A stretch of DNA of 64,000 nucleotides. Origin: an uncultured Gemmatimonadales bacterium (GTDB lineage: Bacteria > Gemmatimonadota > Gemmatimonadetes > Longimicrobiales > RSA9). Below are positions 60,021-64,000 of the stretch, one piece after another. Within the stretch, counting starts at the first letter, position 1, and each line of letters begins with the position of its first letter. Below the pieces are notes generated by a model. That model ran no database searches, was not told where the DNA came from, and was given only the letters and a program-made list of their open reading frames with translations. The stretch covers positions 32,001 through 96,000 of the forward strand of contig CAWCRS010000001.1 in NCBI GenBank assembly GCA_963798085.1, in the 5' to 3' direction. The position numbers were made by a program, and so were the translations under genes.

Positions 60021-61141
60021 CGCCATGCTGCTCACGCTCATGGTCGGGCCCGGTGTGCCCGTGCCTGTGCCCCGCTCGGTGCTGGACGCGCTGACTTCCG
60101 TCCGCGTCATCACCGACTCGGGCGAAACCATGAGCGGCTTCGAGCTGACCTTCACCATGGACGCGCGCTCCCCGCTGCAGACGCTGTTTCTGCTCGCAGG
60201 CGGATCGCTGCCGCCCATCTTCCGCGTCGTGCTGGTAGCCACGGTCAATGGTATTGCCGAAGTGCTGATCGATGGCGTGATGACCAGCCAGCGCACGGCG
60301 CAGGCCGATGATGGCAAGGTCACGCTCACCGTGACGGGCAAGGACCTGCTCGCCGTGCTCGACTACCTGCCGCCCCTGCCCATTCCCTGGCCCGCCATGC
60401 CCGCGGAAGTGCGTGTGCTCGCCATTCTCGCGAAGTATGCGGTGTTAGGCGTTGTGCCGCTGGTCATTCCCAGCATCATGGTCAATGTGCCCATACCCAC
60501 GGACCGCATACCGCGGCAGCAGGGCACGGATCTCGAGTACGTAAAGGCGCTCGCGGATGAAGTGGGCTACGTCTTCTACCTGAAGCCGGGGCCGGTGCCG
60601 GGCATGAGCGTGGCCTACTGGGGACCCGAGATCAAGGTGGGCGCGCCGCAGTCCGCGCTGACGCTCGATGTCGAGAACAACCGCAACGCCATTTCCATTT
60701 CGTTCAGCTTCAATGCGGAAGCCGCCGAGCTGCCCATTGTCTGGATCCAGGAGCCCATCTCCGAAGGTGCCCATCGGTATTCCCATACCCGACATCACGC
60801 CGCTGAATCCGCCGCTCGCCGCGATTCCGCCGATCCCGAAGAAGTTTCCGGCCATCGATGAGACGGCGAAGTACTCGCCCGTGCGCGCACTGCTCGTGGG
60901 CCTGGCCAGGGCTGCACAGCGCGCCAATGTCACCACCGGCGATGGTTCCCTCGATGTGCTGCGCTACGGCAGGCTGCTGCGGGCGAGGGAGCTGGTGGGC
61001 GTGCGCGGCGCCGGGACCGCGTTCGATGGACTGTACTACGTCTCGCGCGTCACGCACGAGATCGGCCGCGGCGCGTACACGCAGAGCTTCACACTGAAGC
61101 GCAACGGCCTCGTCTCCAATGTTCCGCAGGTACCGGTATGA
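60013..61141 (+). CDS. gpD/gp27-like baseplate hub (VgrG N-terminal half); 1-nt insertion at about 60761
   Basis: SGFELTF, LTVTGKDL, QQGTDLEY in frame 1. Removing one base joins PISKVPIGIPIPDITPLNPPL...LDVLRYG.LLRA..LVGVRGAG..FDGLYYV..VTH. Confidence 0.85.
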
Positions 61142-61653
61142 GCATTCCGCAGCGCTTCTATGGCAAGTATCGCGGCACGGTGATCAACAATATCGATCCC
61201 ATGCAGCTGGGCCGCGTGCAGGTAATGGTGCCTGATGTGTCGCAGGTGGTGCCCACCAGCTGGGCGATGCCGTGCATGCCGTTCACGGGCAAGCAGATGG
61301 GCATGTGGGTGCTGCCGCAGATCGGCGCCGGTGTGTGGGTCGAGTTCGAGCAGGGCGATCCCGACTATCCCATCTGGGCCGGCTGCTGGTGGGGCTCCGC
61401 CGCGGAGCCGCCCGCACTCGCGCTGGCCGCGCCACCCGCCGTTCCTAACTTCGTCATACAGACGCAGGCGCAGAACACGCTGATGATCAGCGATGTGCCC
61501 GGCCCCACCGGCGGCATCCTGCTGAAGACCACGACCGGTGCCATGATTTCCGTGAATGACATCGGCATCACGATCTCGAACGGCAAGGGCGCGACCATCA
61601 TTCTGGCCGGCCCGACGGTGACGATCAACCAGGGCGCACTGGCGGTGACCTGA
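61138..61653 (+). CDS. Baseplate assembly protein V / gp5-like spike (VgrG C-terminal half)
   Basis: FYGKYRGTV..NIDP..LGRV, WAMPC.P, P.IGAGVWVEFEQGD...PIW; short beta-helix tail. Confidence 0.92.
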   Translation: MSIPQRFYGKYRGTVINNIDPMQLGRVQVMVPDVSQVVPTSWAMPCMPFTGKQMGMWVLPQIGAGVWVEFEQGDPDYPIWAGCWWGSAAEPPALALAAPPAVPNFVIQTQAQNTLMISDVPGPTGGILLKTTTGAMISVNDIGITISNGKGATIILAGPTVTINQGALAVT

Positions 61654-61988
61654 TGCCCGGACCCCTCGCCCATCTCGGCATGGTGGCCATCTGCCCGCAC
61701 GGCGGCCAGCTCAGTGAGATCACAACCAACGCGCGGGTCCTGGTGAGCGGCCAGCCTGTCGTGACCGTGGCGGATCAGTACCCGATCGCGGGCTGCACTT
61801 TCACGCTGCCCGGGCCCAAGCCATCGCCCTGCATCCGCGCGCAATGGCTGACGCCCGCGCTGCGCGTCCTGGTCAATGGACAGCCGCCCATTCTCCAGAC
61901 CAGCAGCGGGCTCTGCCTGTCGCCGGAGCAGGCGCCGCAGGGGCCGCCCACGATCATTACCACGCAACCGCGTGTGATCGGCACATGA
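61653..61988 (+). CDS. PAAR-like spike tip protein
   Basis: ICPHGG, GC.F, PC, RVLVNGQP, GLC. Confidence 0.8.
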   Translation: MPGPLAHLGMVAICPHGGQLSEITTNARVLVSGQPVVTVADQYPIAGCTFTLPGPKPSPCIRAQWLTPALRVLVNGQPPILQTSSGLCLSPEQAPQGPPTIITTQPRVIGT

Positions 61989-62344
61989 ACCTCGACTTTC
62001 CGCTCGGCTTCGATGGCCGCGGCCGTAGCGCCGCGACGACGCCCGAGGAACACGTGCGCGACCTCATTGAGCAGGTGCTCTTCACTTCGCCGGGTGAGCG
62101 GGTGATGCGGCCGGACTTCGGCAGCGGACTCATGCAGCTGGTCTTCGCACCCGTGGGTGGCGAGATCGCCGCCGCTACGCAGATGCTGGTGCAGAGTTCG
62201 CTGCAGCACTGGCTGGGCGACCTGATCGATGTCGAGGCGGTCGATGCCAGCTTCGATGATGGCGTGCTCAGCGTCAGCGTGCAGTACACGCTGCGCCAGA
62301 GCGGCGAGCGGGCTGTGGCCGAATTCGCGAGGCCCGCGACATGA
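61985..62344 (+). CDS. gpW/gp25-family baseplate protein (Afp9-like)
   Basis: HVRDLIEQVLFTSPGERVMRPDFGSG. Confidence 0.93.
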   Translation: MNLDFPLGFDGRGRSAATTPEEHVRDLIEQVLFTSPGERVMRPDFGSGLMQLVFAPVGGEIAAATQMLVQSSLQHWLGDLIDVEAVDASFDDGVLSVSVQYTLRQSGERAVAEFARPAT

Positions 62345-64000
62345 CGCGCTACCGCTGCGCGGACGATGAGCGCCGCGCCCGCCTGCTCGAGCAGATCACC
62401 GGCACACCGCAGATTCCGCCGGTGCCGCCGGCCAGTGCCATCAACGGCATTGATTTCCTGGAAGTCGACGACGATCCCGCCGACCCGCTCGCCGACCGCC
62501 AGCGCACACTGCACGTCCACTTCCTGTTCGACGTCGCGCCGCTCGGCCTGACCGTCGACAACCTGCAGCTCGAGGGTGGCGAGCGCATCCGCAACGTGCA
62601 GATCGAGGCGGGCACGTTCGCGACCGCTGGCAATGTCGTGACGTTCGAGGTGGACGAGGCCGGCGACTTCTCGCCGTACACGCTGCGTCTCGTCAACTCC
62701 GCGGTGGACATCACGCCACCGCCCGGCTGCGATCCCATCCTTTCCGCAGTGACGTTCAGCTTCAAGGCTGGCTGTCCGAGCGATTTCGACTGTCGCGATG
62801 CGACGACATGCGCGCCTGTTCCGCCGCCGGCGACGGCTCCTGACATCGACTATCGCGCCCGCGACTTCAATGCCTTGCGCACGCTCATGCTGGACCGCCT
62901 GGCTGTGCTCTCGCCGGCGTGGACCGAGCGCAATCCCGCAGACCTCGGTGTGATGCTGGTCGAGGCACTCGCATACGTCGGCGATCAGCTGAGCTACCGC
63001 CAGGACGCGGTCGCCACGGAAGCGTACCTGCACACCGCGCGCAGCCGCATTTCTGTGCGCCGTCACGTCCGCCTGGTCGATTATCAGCTCCGCAATGGGT
63101 GCAACGCGCGCGCCTTCGTGCAGCTGCAGGCGAACGCCGACGGCGTGCTCGTTCCTGCCGCGACACCGCTGCTCACGGCGATCACGGGCCAGCCCGCACG
63201 CCTCGACGCGCTGCCGGCAGGGCTCGATCAGTCGGATGCGCCCGCCGTCTTCCTGACCCTGATGCCGGTAACGCTGACGCAGGCGCACGACACCATGGGC
63301 TTCTACACCTGGGGCGGGCGCGACTGCTGTCTGCGGCAGGGTGCGACCAGCGCCACGTTGCGCGGCGCTTTTCCTGGTCTGGTGCGCGGCACATTCCTTG
63401 TGTTAGCCGAAGCGAAGGGCCCGCGCACGGGCGAGGCAGAGGATGCGGATCCGACGCGTCGCTGCGTGGTGCGCCTGACGCGTGATGCACGCATCACCGT
63501 CGACCCGATCGGCGGCCGCTTCGATTCGCCGCCCACCGGCAATCCGGTCACGCTCACCGAAATCGAGTGGAGTGTCGCCGACGCGCTGCCCTTCACGCTC
63601 TGGATCAGCGGCACCGCGGATGCCGAGCACCTGGGCGTGGCCATCGACGACATCAGCGTCGCGCACGGCAACATCGTGCCCGCGGACCACGGCCGCCCGG
63701 TGACTGGCGAGCTGTTAGGCGATGTGCCCGGCGGTCTGCTGCGTGTGGGCGGGCGCACGGCATGCTGCACCGTGCTGGACGACACCCTGGTTCCACCGCG
63801 CTTCCGCCCCCGCCTTGCCGAAGCGCCGCTGACGCGCGCCATCACGCTCGACCTGAGCGTGCCGTCGCCGCCGGTCTCTGGTGAGGCCGACACGCTGCTG
63901 TCCGCGCAGGCCTTCGCGACCGCGACCGCCGATCAGGCCGAGCCTGTGATCGGGCTCGATACCGTGGAAGCCGTTCCCGAACCCTGGAGCCCGGTGTCGG
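62341..64000 (+). CDS. Baseplate J-like wedge protein (Afp11-like), truncated by the window end
   Basis: Manual translation: NGIDFLEV, DYRARDFNALR, DLGVMLVEALAYVGDQLSYRQDAVATEAYL.TAR, FYTWG..CCL..GATSATL. Absent from the ORF track because it is open to the edge. Confidence 0.92.
   Translation, partial: MTRYRCADDERRARLLEQITGTPQIPPVPPASAINGIDFLEVDDDPADPLADRQRTLHVHFLFDVAPLGLTVDNLQLEGGERIRNVQIEAGTFATAGNVVTFEVDEAGDFSPYTLRLVNSAVDITPPPGCDPILSAVTFSFKAGCPSDFDCRDATTCAPVPPPATAPDIDYRARDFNALRTLMLDRLAVLSPAWTERNPADLGVMLVEALAYVGDQLSYRQDAVATEAYLHTARSRISVRRHVRLVDYQLRNGCNARAFVQLQANADGVLVPAATPLLTAITGQPARLDALPAGLDQSDAPAVFLTLMPVTLTQAHDTMGFYTWGGRDCCLRQGATSATLRGAFPGLVRGTFLVLAEAKGPRTGEAEDADPTRRCVVRLTRDARITVDPIGGRFDSPPTGNPVTLTEIEWSVADALPFTLWISGTADAEHLGVAIDDISVAHGNIVPADHGRPVTGELLGDVPGGLLRVGGRTACCTVLDDTLVPPRFRPRLAEAPLTRAITLDLSVPSPPVSGEADTLLSAQAFATATADQAEPVIGLDTVEAVPEPWSPVS

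Overview
High-GC bacterial DNA. The gene content (SusC/SusD pair, 6-bladed beta-propeller proteins, tricorn protease, VPS10-like hydrolase, PadR with MacB/FtsX 'orphan' permeases) suggests Gemmatimonadota, but this is inference only. About 1-40.7 kb holds envelope, glycan, transport and regulatory genes, two families of intergenic inverted-repeat elements and a stand-alone 11-heme cytochrome c. About 40.8-48.1 kb holds decayed gene fragments, an orphan effector/partner gene pair and an RraA-aldolase + symporter + LeuCD-like catabolic operon. From 48.4 kb to the window end is a tightly coupled extracellular contractile injection system (eCIS, Afp/PVC-like): sheath, tube, Pvc16-like cap, AAA+ ATPase, DUF4157 protein, split VgrG, PAAR-like, gp25 and baseplate J. 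Main highlight: three candidate cargo proteins share an HDFG[RT][VI] motif. Two of them lack the DUF4157 core, and one lies about 4.7 kb outside the locus with a translationally coupled partner gene. The DUF4157 protein ends in a beta-barrel-like domain with a BAM/SAM-type beta-signal. Several single-base frameshifts in otherwise intact genes suggest long-read indel errors. All domain calls come from motif recognition by eye, not database searches.
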